The translations under genes were made by a program, and so were the position numbers. 64,000 bases of DNA, taken from contig OX597815.1 of NCBI GenBank assembly GCA_951406725.2, positions 46,748,001 to 46,812,000 on the forward strand, written 5' to 3'. This stretch comes from Octopus vulgaris (taxonomy: Eukaryota). Of this stretch, positions 26,778-40,101 are shown piece by piece. Below the pieces are notes generated by a model. It had not been told where the DNA came from. It searched no databases and worked only from the letters and a program-made list of their open reading frames with translations. Each line of letters opens with the position of its first letter. Within the stretch, counting starts at the first letter, position 1.

Positions 26778-28181
26778 TTCTTTTACTTGTTTCAGTCATA
26801 TGACTGCGACCATGCTGGAGTACCGCTTTAAAAGATTTTTTTAGACGAAAAGATCGACTCCAAAACTTATTCTTTGTAAATCTAGTACTTATTCTATCGG
26901 TTTATCTTGACGAACTGCTAAGTTACGAGGACGTAAACACACCAATACCGGTTGTCAAACGGTAACGGAGGACATAAACAAACTCAAAGACAAAGACGCA
27001 AACACAGATATATACACATACATACATACATACATACATACATACATACATACATACATACATACATACATACATACATACATTATTATGGCTGCCCCCT
27101 CGTTATCGAGTATGGCCATTGCACGAAGATTAACTGTTACTGGTGCTGTGACCGAATGTGACTTTTTAGCCCAGCTAAAGATCTACAATGTCTTGTACAA
27201 AATTGGCAACTAAAACCTTTACTACTAGTAATAGCCGGCTGTAGTTGTAACTGGGTTTCATGTACCTTTGCTTGTCGTTTAAGTCCTCTTGCCGAATTAC
27301 ACTCTCTTCCACATGCCCGACAGATATGATAAGTATGGTGTGTTACACCACCACCAGTGGCCAGGTTGTCACTCATCTGTCTCGTTTTATGACTACGAAG
27401 ATGACTCATGAGTCCAGCTTTACTGAGGCAAGGTCTTGCACAGACATTGCATGTCAGAATCAAAGGAAGACCCTTCCCTTCTGGAAGTGTAAGAGCGATG
27501 CCCTTCCTGACATCCCTCCTTACTTTCTCATGTGCAACTCGAGATTTCTCAAACGTGGCTGTCCCCTCATGCACAATCCTTCTCCACCTGCTACGATCAA
27601 TAGTTATGTCTTCCCATGTGTCAGAAGAGATGCAAGCATCTTTTAAGGAAGCCTTCAGCAAGTCCTTATACCTCTTTTTTGGCTTATGTGGAGGTCGTTC
27701 TCCTTTAGCTAACTCTCCATAAAAGAGTTGTTTTGGCATCCTTGAATCCTTCATTCTGACCAGATGACCACTCCATCTGAGCCTTTGCTTTAACACAAGA
27801 GTTTCTATACTTTCACACCGAGAGCCTTCGAGTATTTCAAGATCACTGATGCGGTCCTTCCACTTAATGCTATAGATCCGTCTGAGGCACATCTGATGGA
27901 AACGTTCCAGTTGTTTAAGGTGGTATCGATATGTGACCCACGTCTCACAGGCATAGAGAAGAGAAGGGAGCACACATGCCTTGTACACCTTTATCTTTGT
28001 CTTTCTGCATATGTCTCGCCGACTCCAGAGGCGCTTACATATACACATACATATATACATACATACATGCACACATTCATACATAGCTCGAGGCTATAGT
28101 AGAATACACTTGCCCAAGGTGCCACGCAGTGTGACCGAATCCGGAACCATGTGCTTGGGAAGAAAGCTTCTTACCACACAG
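26778..28181 (-). mobile_element. SINE family A split by an RTE LINE insertion
   Basis: SINE tail and body at 26778-27010, SINE head at 28085-28181. Confidence 0.8.
27083..28038 (-). mobile_element. 5'-truncated RTE-clade LINE; open C-terminal ORF with three C2H2-like fingers
   Basis: TKIKVYKACVLPSLLYACETW, RLRWSGHLVRM..RMPKQLFYGEL, DRSRWR, then three CxxC...H..H motifs. The 3' end runs into (ATGT)n. Candidate TSD ATATACACATACATA at 27010-27024 and 28039-28053. Confidence 0.92.
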
Positions 28182-28309
28182 TTACGATTGATATTCTTTT
28201 CTATTCTAAGCACAAGGCCCGGAATTTTGGGGGAGGGGTCCAGTCGATTAGATCGACCCCAGTATGCAACTGGTACTTAATTTATCACCCCGAAACGGCT
28301 CGACCGAGA

Positions 28310-29272
28310 CTCCTTGATGTCACATTTTAAACCTGATAAAAGTCTTGCATCTAGACTTGCTCATATATATTTAAATGATAAACTACTGGAAAGTTTTACA
28401 GATTTTTACAGTTCCAGTGATGGATTGGATCTGTAATTTTCGAATTAGTTTCTCCTTTCTGATTTTGAGAAGCCTAATTTCTCAAGATTGGTATTTAGGC
28501 AGTGTGTTACATACCCCAGGGCCCCAATAATTACAGGTATAAACCTGAACTTGTAATCCAGATAGAGCAACTGCAGATTTCTCAGTAGTTCAGCATAGGT
28601 GTTCTCATTTTTAATTAATCTTCATCTCTATGTTAACATCCGCTGGGCAGCTAATTTTCACAACTGTGCACAGTTTCTCTTCTCTATCCCAAATTATTAT
28701 ATCAGGTCTGTTATGCTTACATTTTATTGAGGTCTTCACTGGCAATTTCCACCAGTATTCCTTTTTTTATGAGTGGCTATGGCTTTTACTATATTGTGGG
28801 TTCTTATTTCTTTGTCCTTGGGATTATCCTTCCGACGGATTTCATTCTAGAGTGTCCTAGCTACAACATCATGTCTCATCGGTAGATAATACCGTGATGA
28901 CATTTTCGAACAACTGCTTATGATGTGAACGATATCTTCAGTGTGAACTCCACAAAGGCTGCAGCGGTTGTCACATTTTACCGTCTTTCCTTCATTTTTA
29001 TCCTTTTTGTGCATGAGGTACTTGGTTGATATTTCCTGTTCCTGGATTGCAAATGCATACCCATCGAAGTGGGAGGTAGTAATCCGGCTATTGGTCCAAG
29101 ATAAACTGCTTTGAAGATCGATGTTACTATCATCACGGAGTTTTCTACTAACATATCCATGCATAGTCTTCTGCTCATATAGGCTCATCCTTTCATCTGA
29201 TGATACGTTGCGGTAGAGTCGTGCGACTTCTTTGGGCATGTATTTCAGATTATCAGGCAAAGAGTGCTGCTC
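28310..29272 (-). mobile_element. 5'-truncated R4/Dong-like RLE LINE, second family
   Basis: MHGY, FAIQEQEI, CSLCG..EDIVHIISSC, RHDVVA, HNRPDIIIWD and IPVIIGALG, with internal stops. Confidence 0.88.
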
Positions 29273-29680
29273 TATGTATGTATGTATGTATGTATGTATG
29301 TATGTATGTATGTATGTATGTATGTATGTATGTATGTATGTGTGTGTGTGTATGTATGTATGTATGTATGTATGTATGTATGTATGTATGTATGTATGTA
29401 TGTATGTGTGTATGTATGTATGTATGTATGTATGTATGTATGTATGTATGTATGTATGTATGTGTGTGTGCGTATGTATGTATGTATGTATGTATGTATG
29501 TATGTATGTATGTATGTATGTATGTATGTATGTATGTATGTATGTATGCATGCATGCATGCATGCATGTATGTATGTATGTATGTATGTATGTATGTATG
29601 TGTGTGTGTATGTATGTATGTATGTATGTATGTGTGTGTGTGTATGTATGTATGTATGTATGTATGTATGTATGTATGTA

Positions 29681-29730
<50 letters not shown>
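29273..29730. repeat. (ATGT)n/(GT)n compound microsatellite
   Basis: Read directly from the sequence. Confidence 0.97.
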
Positions 29731-29737
<7 letters not shown>

Positions 29738-29899
29738 AATGGATAGATATTAATATTTTCCCAGATTGAAACCCAGATCATTAAGTGTTGCTGAGGACGA
29801 TCTGAGTTCACATTGTGATACAGGATTCCCATCAGAACGAGAGTGTCAGAGAAGACTCTTTAAGTTCTAAATCAGCAACTGACAAAGCAAACACCCCAA

Positions 29900-30640
29900 A
29901 ATCTATGTTATATGAATTATATGAATTGCAACAGGACTTTCGGTTTCTCGTGGACTAGGGATGAAAGTGTACTTCGGACAGTGTTTCACGTGTGGTAAGA
30001 AGCTTCACATTTCCAATATGGTCCCAAGTAACGTCAAGACATCTGCAGTCAAAACATGAACATCTGATAAACACTATTGGTCATCTGATCAATAGTTTGA
30101 AATACTTTTGGAGCTGCAGAAATACCAACGAATATATATCGAAAAATAAGTGACTGTCTGAGGTAAGATGCATATTGTATCTTACAAAGTGGCTAGATTG
30201 ATTGCTCTTTAGACAACACCAGATTGAATTGCTGAAAACCTGATTCAGCCTGTCAGCAGCTTCATTGTAAAAACTTTGGTGATGAATACTAAACGGTGAG
30301 TTATGAAAATTTCTTTGTTTGATAATACAATTAGCAGAAGAATAGTTGGTATGCCAGCTAATATTGAGAAGCGTCTTTCCGAGAGTATGATGGATTGTAA
30401 ATTCGCAATACAAGTTGATGAATCGATCGATATTGGTAGAAAAGCACAGTTGTTTACCTGTACCGGATTAATTTACAATGACGAAATAACGACAAAGATT
30501 CTAATTAGCAAGGAACTTGAAAAGCACATCAGAAAATAAGATATATTCCAAACTTAGTATTTTAGAAGAAGTTTGTTCTTGATCAATTTATTCTCGATGT
30601 GAAGTTCAATGCAAAACTGCTCTAGGTGCGTTTATTTGCT
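29900..30640 (+). pseudogene. Decayed hAT (Buster/Charlie, ZBED-like) transposase remnant
   Basis: SNMVPS..HLQSKH, IAENLIQP, ISLFDNTISRRI and FAIQVDESIDIGRKAQL motifs, with many stops. Confidence 0.8.
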
Positions 30641-30642
30641 CA

Positions 30643-31668
30643 CCAGCAGCATAGCCCGGCGTTGCCCAGGTATGTAAGAAACATTGTCGATAAGCAATGC
30701 CCTTTACCTTTTTACCCTTTTTTGTACTCATTGAACCGTTATTTTGTAAAATGAACCTAAAAGGCATTAAGGCATTCAAGGCACCGTTCCCTTGCATGCA
30801 TGACTACAGCCCAACATTGCTCGGATTTGAAGCAAAAGGAAAACATATGCCATTTCTAGTAACCTTTATGATAAAAGCGGCAAAAATCGACTAAATCGCC
30901 TGAAATCCGCCAACTATTTAACAAAAATCAGTTTTGTAGAGTTTGCATGGTCGGTCTCAAACTGATATGGTTTTGTCGATTTCTCCCAATACTTGTTAAC
31001 TGCATTGACAAAAGGTCGATAGTTTGACATTTAATGCAAACTTGATGTCCAACATCGGTGTAGGGAAAATCTATGTGAACTTTCAAAAAATATCGCAGAA
31101 AAATCGGTTTGCTATGTGTGCCACATATGATGTAATTAACCGATGTTTTCCAGTAATAACGTATCCTATTGGAATCAAAAGGGCCATATAGCTCCTTGGA
31201 GCAGACATGATGCTCGCTGTGAATTTCAAAAAAAATCCTGCCAATTTGTTAAAGATATTGTCGAAAATATGTCATCTTGAATTTGAACGCGATTTCCCCA
31301 AATGGCATGATTTTATCGAATTTTTCTGATGGTAAGGTATTGCATGGAAAACTAACGTCAGAATTAAGTTCCTTAGGGTAACATTAAGCCTCACCACGAG
31401 TTTGGTGAAAATCGATTGCAAGTTGCGAAAACTACAACGGAAAATGTGTTGCATATGATAAGCTTAGATTCTCGACCTCATATCGATTTTTTTCAGAACT
31501 GGGGGAACTTTTCAAAATTTTCGCTGCATTAGTTTTGAATTATGACATTGGGCTATGTGTGTGTCAAGTTTCATCAGAATCGGTTGAAAGCCGTGGTCAG
31601 GATGAGGGTACAACCTGACAGACACACAGACAGACAGACAGACAAACTGCCTTTTATATATATAGAGA
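30643..31668 (-). mobile_element. Non-autonomous Helitron, ~1 kb
   Basis: On the - strand it starts A|TCTCTATATAT..GGCAGTTTG and ends with hairpin CCTGGGCAACGCCGGGC then CTGG|T (CTRR). Confidence 0.7.
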
Positions 31669-32532
31669 TTTCGGCAAAGACAAAGGATTAAACATCATTT
31701 CCCAGTTCTGCACTCAGAAGTTCGCTAGCTACCCTTTGAATAGAAAAAAGCCGAAGGCAGCCTTCGACTTTTCCTAGCTAAAGGGATTTTCAGCCCAATA
31801 TTTACAGGCTGTTTGTTTATAGATTTATCGACTTCCAGATAGCTGCAGTCCAATGACTGAAACAGATAAAGAGAGAAAAAATAAAAGAAAATAACTGCAA
31901 CAGCAATAGTCTCTCTTGTCCCCAAAACTGCTAGGTTGAACTCAAACTTTTTGCAATGGAATAGACTCTACTATGATGTAACTACGATGACGGATCAATT
32001 CTACCACTCAAGTATGCCAAGTTACATTTTGAACTCTAAGCGCAGATAATCGGAGCATATACAACACGGCATATACAACAATGCAAATCTCCGTTTGTCC
32101 ACTGCCCTGGATTAGTACTTCATTTTTATCAGCCTTAAAACGATAAAAGAAAAAGTTGATCGTCGAATGCACACAGTCGGATCAAGTACCGCGTCGTGTT
32201 CTGAGACTCTATTATGATTCTGTTTGATTATTAATGTTTTGTCTTTTACTTGTTTCAGTGATTGTACTGCGAGCATGCTGGAGCACTGCGCTGAACAAAT
32301 CAAACCCCATGACTTATTTTTAAGCTTGATACTTATTCTATCGATTGGCTTCTTTTGTCGAGCTGCTAAGTGGCGTGACGTAAACAAACCGACACCGGTT
32401 GTGAAGCGATGGGAAGGCAAACACAAAACATAGAGATACACACACACACACACACACAAACACATACACACTCTCTCTCCCAACACACAAAACTCACCCC
32501 ACACATACAGATATATATGACGGGCTTCTACA

Positions 32533-33354
32533 TATACACATACCACGTGCCATACACACTCACACACATATGCACACACACATCTTCATTCAGTCATTTA
32601 CACACACATACGTTTAAATATATACACATGTCGTATACAATCAAATAAACTAATGCGCGTACACGCACATTCACGTATATGCACGAATATGCACTCACAT
32701 CCTCGTGCACACATGAACTCACACTAGTGGACAAGCAAAATCACACATACACGCACACTAACACACATACACATATACACACACACACACACACTGACAT
32801 ACGCACACACACATACACATATACACACACACGCGCGCACACACACACTCACGCACACACGCACGTGCACACACACACTCACACACACACGCATTCACGT
32901 ATACGCGTGAGTGCTCGTACACAAACGTATGCAAAAACATAGATTCACATGCAAACCTATTTATTGGCGCCTTTCCGGAAGACCAGCTTGCGCTCACATA
33001 CACCAACACGTGAATACACACACTCATTCACATATATAAACTCATACTCATAAACGCATAGTCATAGAGACATATGGAGCAGTGAGCACGTCGATATCTT
33101 GCTTGTTCACTTGTGTGAGCTAATGTGTGCGCGAGAATGCTCGTGCGTATTCGTGTCTGTCTATGTTTGTGTGTGTGTGTGTGTGCGGAGTTAGAGATAG
33201 ATAGAGAAAGAGGGAGAGAGAAGGAGAGAAAGAGAGAGAGAGAGAGCTTGTGTGCGTGTGCTGGTCAATGTGTTTGTGTATATGTGATTTTACTTCTTCA
33301 CTTGCGTGAGTTAATGTGTGCGCGAATGCATATTCGTGTCTCTATGTTTCTATG

Positions 33355-33385
<31 letters not shown>

Positions 33386-33526
33386 GTATGTATGTGTGTG
33401 TGTGTGTAGGGTGTCAGTGTGCGTGTGTGATGGTCAATATGTTTGTGTGTCTGATTTTGCTTGTTCACTTGAGTGAGTTAATGTGTGCGCGAGAATGCAC
33501 GTGCATATTCGTGTCTCTCTATGTTT

Positions 33527-33562
<36 letters not shown>

Positions 33563-33716
33563 CTTGTGCATGGTTTCTATATATGCGTTTTAGTGTGCGT
33601 GTGTTTGTATATATAGGTGAATGTGTGTGTACGAGCATTAGTTTATTTGTGTACGATATAAATGTATATATTTAAACGTAAGTGTGTGCGCGTATGTTAT
33701 GTGGTATGTGTATGCG
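32533..33716. repeat. Fold-back structure with diverged terminal inverted repeats and internal direct repeats
   Basis: 32601-32680 is an imperfect reverse complement of 33611-33688. Three diverged direct repeats start at ~33099, 33289 and 33457. Confidence 0.7.
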
Positions 33717-34304
33717 TAAAATACTCACATGGCTCAGAGTGCGTGTTCGTGTACGTGTATGCGCGAGCACGTGTGCAGTCAACAGCTTCTCCTTGAATTA
33801 ACGTCAGATTTCTTTGATGCTACCAGACAAAGTTTCGTCCTTTCCATCTAATTTTCGCCTAACTACCCGTCACTTCAAATATCACCCGGGATGAAGGGTG
33901 GAGAAACAAACAAAGCAAAAAAAAAAAAATAAAATAAAAAAAATAAAAATGAAAAATAAAAGGTGAAAAAAAGAAAATAACACAGAAAAGAGAAAATATG
34001 AGGAAAAAAAAAAAAAGAGAAGAAAGGCCAGTCGCAAAGACGGAAAACGATACGAGGGCAAACTGACCTTACGTTTATAAAATAATTAAGTACTGCCGCC
34101 AGGGTCGTGCAAATCCCTACACGCCAATGTATCTACAAAAGCAGTCTATATCAAGCAAACGGATGTTCAACTGACAATGTAGGCATTTTCTGTCAGTTAA
34201 TTATACTGTTTTTTTATCGCTGGCACTGACCACACTGTATAGAAATTATTCCAGTTTTATGAAATATAACAGAAAGTAACCGGTATAAACATACAGAAGA
34301 AAAG

Positions 34305-34800
34305 GTGTATGGCCTAGTGGTTAGTTAAAGTATTCAGCTCATGATCGAAAGGTTGTGAGTTCGATACCTGGCGGCGCGTTGTGCCCATGAGCAATAAGCT
34401 TTATTTCACGTTTCTTATTTCTTATTTCTTTATTGCCCACAAGGAGCTCAACATAGAGGAGACAAACAAGGACAGACAAACGGATTAAGTCGATTATATC
34501 GACCCCAGTGCGTAACTGGTACTTAATTTATCGACCTCGAAAGGATGAAAGGCAAAGTCGACCTCGACGGAATTTGAACTCAGAACGTAGCGGCAGACGA
34601 AATGCGGCTACGCATTTCGCCCGGCGTGCTAACGTTTCTGCCAGATCGCCGCCTTCACGTTGTTATATTTCACGTTGCTCCAAAAATGAGTGGTACGTGT
34701 ACTTCAAAGGGCCAGCCTTGTCACAATCTATGTCAGGCTGGCTCGCATTGAGAACTACGTTAAGAGTACGCGTGTTTGTAGGGTGCTCTGGGCTAGACAG
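34305..34800 (+). mobile_element. tRNA-derived SINE family D, interrupted by an inverted family B SINE (34413-34653)
   Basis: Matches the uninterrupted copy at 61496-61810. TTCACGTT flanks the insert. Confidence 0.8.
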
Positions 34801-34933
34801 GAACTGTGTAGAAGCCCGCTCTATACATTTAAATATATATATATATATATATATAATAAAATATTAGGGAATAAATCCAAACTTACAGGGAAAAATCAGA
34901 TTTAGGATTGAATCCAATTTTATAGTAAAATAG

Positions 34934-35280
34934 TATATTATATTAAATTAGAGATAAAACCACTATTAGGCAAATCATACAATGAAAAACTTAAGCCAAT
35001 ACATAAGATTAATTAATTTATATTATTTTAAATATATATCAAAATTATTGATTAAACCTCGCTAAGTTAAATATTTCAGTCACCTGAAGAATGACTGTAA
35101 CTCGAATTTTTACGAATTGGACAGCCATGAAACGATCGTAGTGTTATACTAATTATCTTTTTTTAATAATTTTGATATATATTTAAAATAATATAAATTA
35201 ATTAATCTTATGTATTGGCTTAAGTTTTTCATTGTATGATTTGCCTGATAGCGGTTTTATCTCTAATTTAATATAATATA
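34934..35280 (+). mobile_element. Fold-back PLE-type remnant: ~115-bp inverted repeats enclosing a hammerhead
   Basis: 34934-35049 is the reverse complement of 35165-35280 with few mismatches. (TA)n lies on both sides. Confidence 0.8.
35081..35143 (+). ncRNA. Type I hammerhead motif
   Basis: CAC CUGAAGA AUGACUGU...ACAGCCAU GAAA CGAUC GUA GUG. Stem II pairs 7/8, stem III is the palindrome ACGAUCGU, and stem I is only 3 bp. Confidence 0.65.
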
Positions 35281-35294
35281 TATATATGCATATG

Positions 35295-35369
<75 letters not shown>

Positions 35370-35604
35370 TGAGTTTCTGTTTGTCCCCCACTGCTGCATG
35401 ACAGCCAGAGTTTGTTTATGTGTCAGTAAATTAGCGGTTCGCCGAAAGAGACCAACATAATAAGTACCAGACTTAAAAATATGTATTGAAGGTGACTCAA
35501 CCGTTCAAGGCTGCAATCCAATGACAAGTAAGTAAATGATAAACAGAGACGCATATATGCAATTTCTGAGACATACCTACATGTATGTTTTATATATATA
35601 TATT

Positions 35605-35977
35605 GGCTGTGTGGTAAGTAGCTTGCTTACCAACCACATGGGTCTGGGTTCAGTCCCACTGCGTGACACCTTCTACTATAGCCTCGGGCCGACCAAAGCT
35701 TTGTGAGTGGATTTGGTAGACGAAAACTGGAAGAAACCCGTTATATATGTACATATATATTTGTATGTGTGTGTATATATTTGTGTGTCTGTGTTAGTCC
35801 CCCGCCCAACATCGTTTGACAACTGATGGTGGTGTGTTTACGTCTTTGTAACTTAGCGGTTCGGCAAGAGACCGATAGAAAAAGTACTAGGCTTACAAAG
35901 AATAAGTCCTGGGGTCGATTTGCTCGACTAAAGGCGGTTCTCCAGCATGGCCGCAGTCAAATGACTGAAGAGTAAAA

Positions 35978-35980
<3 letters not shown>
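35605..35980 (+). mobile_element. SINE family A, near full length
   Basis: Head, body and tail are all present. Confidence 0.88.
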
Positions 35981-36061
<81 letters not shown>

Positions 36062-36154
36062 AAATTAGTGAAGATGAGGAGAACGGAGATTTGCACATAT
36101 GAGTTTTATAAAACCGTTATTGCAAACCTCCGTTCTCCTGATCTTCACTAATTT
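36062..36154. repeat. ~35-bp inverted repeat (hairpin) next to (TA)n
   Basis: AAATTAGTGAAGATGAGGAGAACGGAGATTTGCA / TGCAAACCTCCGTTCTCCTGATCTTCACTAATTT. Confidence 0.85.
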
Positions 36155-36354
36155 TATTATTTTTCTATGAAAAGATGCAGTCCTTATGAAGACGTTCGGA
36201 TTTACCAAGTGAGGATTAACCGGGTATAATAAATTCAACAAACTCGCGTTTTATCAACACTCACTGTGGCTAGCCGGCATTGACCACCGATAAGAGCGTA
36301 CTCGGTAACCGCTAAGATTTATACATCTCTCGTAATCATTTTTGGAAATATATA

Positions 36355-36571
36355 TCTCTCTATATATAAACGGCAGTTTGACATGGGGTCGAGAATCAGG
36401 AATACGAACCACAAACTGTCTAGGGGACGCAACTCCACCTTTTTAAATCTCGAAAAAAAATTTACCATCATTTTTTTTCCATTTTTTTGCTATTTTTTGG
36501 CTATAACTCTCTAAAAATGCTTTATAGTTATTTCCCTTACAAACCTGAGCAACGCCGGGCGATACTGCTAG
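36355..36571 (+). mobile_element. Short non-autonomous Helitron
   Basis: A|TCTCTCTATATATAAACGGCAGTTTG ... CCTGAGCAACGCCGGGCG ATACTG CTAG|T. Confidence 0.78.
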
Positions 36572-37169
36572 TATATATATATATATATATATATGCATAT
36601 AAAGATAATTATATAGAGAGATATTATTGGCAATCCAACAATTTATTTATATTATATTACATGATGTACTATGAGTATGATATAACTTAATATTATATAG
36701 CATAAACAGTTATTAAGAAAAACATAAAAGGCCAACAAATTGATTCAACTTATATACATTTTCTGATATACAAACACAATAACAGTTGCCTTATATATAA
36801 GTCACTTCAGGGTCATGGTTTAAAGATAGACGAAATTCCGTGTGAAAGGACTGTTGGATTGTAAAAATTAATTCAAATGTCTGTTTTATGATCGTGAGTG
36901 TTCACTATTCAATCATACATCAATTACAATTAAAAACAACAACAAAAACACTCTAACAGACGATACAACCAAGTGCAATTCACAATCATCGAAATTTACT
37001 TCATTACATCTTAAATACGTACCAATCGAAACCCGTTCATGTCCAAGGTAGTCCCTTGTCACCACAACGTACAACAAGATAGATGCGTATATATATGTAT
37101 ATAATTAAGAATCTAAGTCTTCCTCTATATATAGAAAACAGAAAATATATAAACAATTACATCTTCTAT

Positions 37170-37550
37170 ACTCTTTTACTTGTTTCAGTCATTTGACTGC
37201 GGCCATGCTGGAGCACCGCCTTTAATCGAGCAACTCGACCCCGGGACTTATTCTTTTGTAAGCCCAGTACTTATTCTATCGGTCTCTTTGCCGAACCGCT
37301 AAGTAACGGGGACATAAACACACCAGCATCGGTTGTCAAGCAATGTTAGGGGGACAAACACACACAAACACATATATATATATACATATATACGACAGGC
37401 TTCTTTCAGTTTCCGCCTACCAAATCCACTCACAAGGCTTTGGTCGGCCCGAGGCTACAGTAGAAGACACTTGCCCAAGGTGCCACGCAATGGGACTGAA
37501 CCCGGAACCATGTGGTTGGTAAACGAGCTACTTACCACACAGCCACTCCT
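37170..37550 (-). mobile_element. SINE family A, full length
   Basis: High similarity to 12629-13018. Confidence 0.9.
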
Positions 37551-38429
37551 CAACAACTCTTCTATTTATTTAAATTGATTGATATAAAAAAAAAATTATT
37601 GTTTAAATTAACTAACAATAATCTTCTATATTTACTGTTTTCTCGAAGAGATAATTCCGTAGTAGATATGAATAGAAGCCTAATAGTAAGTAAGGTTTGT
37701 TACTTTATATATGTATATATACTTACTTGGAAATGACTTTTTATGTTCTCGTTTCTTTTTTTGTATACGTTTTTTTTATGTCCTGTACCCTATCTGCATG
37801 TATGTATACATATATATGTAGGTATGTATATATGCATATACTTATATATTATTCATATTATTTCGTCTTGTTTTTTTTCTCATATTTTCTCTCGTTCCTG
37901 ATTTGTAACTTGTGCAGGCCATATGTTCAGAGCTTGAAGATTGCTTGGAGACCCTAGACTTGTTATTGAAACCTGTCTAGACAATATATCCAATGTATGA
38001 GACTATTAGTAGCTCATAGCTATATGCTGTGTATATTAAACAATATTTATCTCTTACCGGACGAAATACTTTTTTTCTTGATCTTTTCTTAACAGAAAAC
38101 TAAATACATATGTGTGTGTGTGTGTGTGTGTGCATTGAAAACTTTTCACTAACCAGTATGTGTACTTATAAAGAGATAAAAGTGTATCAAATACTTTATA
38201 ACATAAATTATTGATTTATTAAAACTGAGACCAGTCCACACTAGAGGGGAAAGAAGAAAAATTGACATTAAGGAAAGGAACAGGCGGCAGTCTTGGACAG
38301 GATCTTCTAAAAATAGTAGCTAAATATCCTTCATATCACACTGTTTTCTTTTGGGAAAAAGCATTCGTTGAATAATGTGATCGATCCTAGGTCCCATGTA
38401 TGTAGGAAAAAAGCGTTGTGGTTATTACC

Positions 38430-38669
38430 TATTTCTTTACTACCCACAAGGGGCTAAACACAGAGGAGACAAACAAGGACAGACAAACGGATTAAGTCGA
38501 TTACATCGACCCCAGTGCGTAACTGGTACTTAATTTATCGACCCCGAAAGGATGAAAGGCAAAGTCGACCTCGGCGGAATTTGAACTCAGAATGTAACGG
38601 CAGACGAAATACGGCTACGCATTTCGCTCGGCGTGCTAACGATTCTGCCAGCTCGCCGCCTAAATAACT
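38430..38669 (-). mobile_element. SINE family B, full length, 16-bp TSD
   Basis: CGTTGTGGTTATTACC at 38414-38429 and 38670-38685. Confidence 0.92.
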
Positions 38670-39018
38670 CGTTGTGGTTATTACCGGAATGCCTTTGATC
38701 AGAATTTGCTAAATCATAGTTAACCGGGGGCTAACGAAGAAGAACAACGAATGTAAAAAACAGCAAGTAAAAACAACAACAGCTACGCACATTTGTCGAG
38801 CAAAGATGGAAGCCTCATGATGTAGGAGGCAAATCATCTCTAAAGACAATCCAGTCACAGATAAATACATAAATAAATAAATAAGTAAATCTGAATGGTC
38901 ACAGCTGGAACGTTTTTGATAATAAGCCTTATTAATCTGGTCAAACCTGGGGCTAAGCAGCCAGTGTAACAGCCCACACCCTTTCTTTCATTATTCACCT
39001 CCTCCTCTCGTTTATATA

Positions 39019-39098
<80 letters not shown>

Positions 39099-39152
39099 TA
39101 TATGTGTGTGTGTGTGTATTTGTACACACATGTATATGTATGTATTTATGCA

Positions 39153-39199
<47 letters not shown>

Positions 39200-39825
39200 A
39201 TGTGTGTACACACACATATGTGTATATATGTATTTATGCATACAAACACACACACGCGTACTCGCCTTAACGTTATTTTTTTGCCAACGAAATAAAGCTC
39301 CCACATATACATACACACGCTTAAAGCCGAATGCAATGCACACACACACACACAACGCGCGCACACACACACACACACACAACGCGCGCACACTCACGCG
39401 CATATATATGCATATGTATTCCTTTAATCTTATTCCGTATAGCCAAAACGAACTTTTGAACTGTACATCTCCCTCAATCTTGTTTACTTTTCAGTGAAGG
39501 GGTTACGGCATCTGAGAGAAGTGAATCTTCAGTGCTCCTTTGTATTATTAACAGCTTAACATGATTCTCAGAATTACACACCTGGGTTTCAACGCTGTTT
39601 CTGCTACACCTGATCAATGTAATTGAAGAAAAAGCTAACAGAAAAATAAAAGACATCAATTGACATATATGCATGAATAGGCAATTTCTTTCTTTCCTTT
39701 CTGTATTCCTTTTGTCCACTCTTAACTCGTTTTGTGGCGTTTTTTAAAGGTATTTTTGCTGTTTTTCCCTTTCTTTAACACTTAAAAATCAAAAGCTTGC
39801 GCTGTGGTAACGACAGAGAGAGGCA

Positions 39826-39928
<103 letters not shown>

Positions 39929-39941
39929 CACAATTCTATAC

Positions 39942-39991
<50 letters not shown>

Positions 39992-40033
39992 TTCTGTATA
40001 TGGGTGTGTGTATATATATCATTCTGTATATGG

Positions 40034-40101
<68 letters not shown>

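Noticed and set aside
29200-29832. MYVC/HTYI repeat ORFs (also near 12000, 13700, 16300, 52300 and 58000)
   Set aside because: Artefacts of (ATGT)n and (AT)n microsatellites.
37930-37985. Hammerhead-like TTGAAGA...GAAACCTGTC
   Set aside because: The core is altered and stems I and II do not pair adequately.
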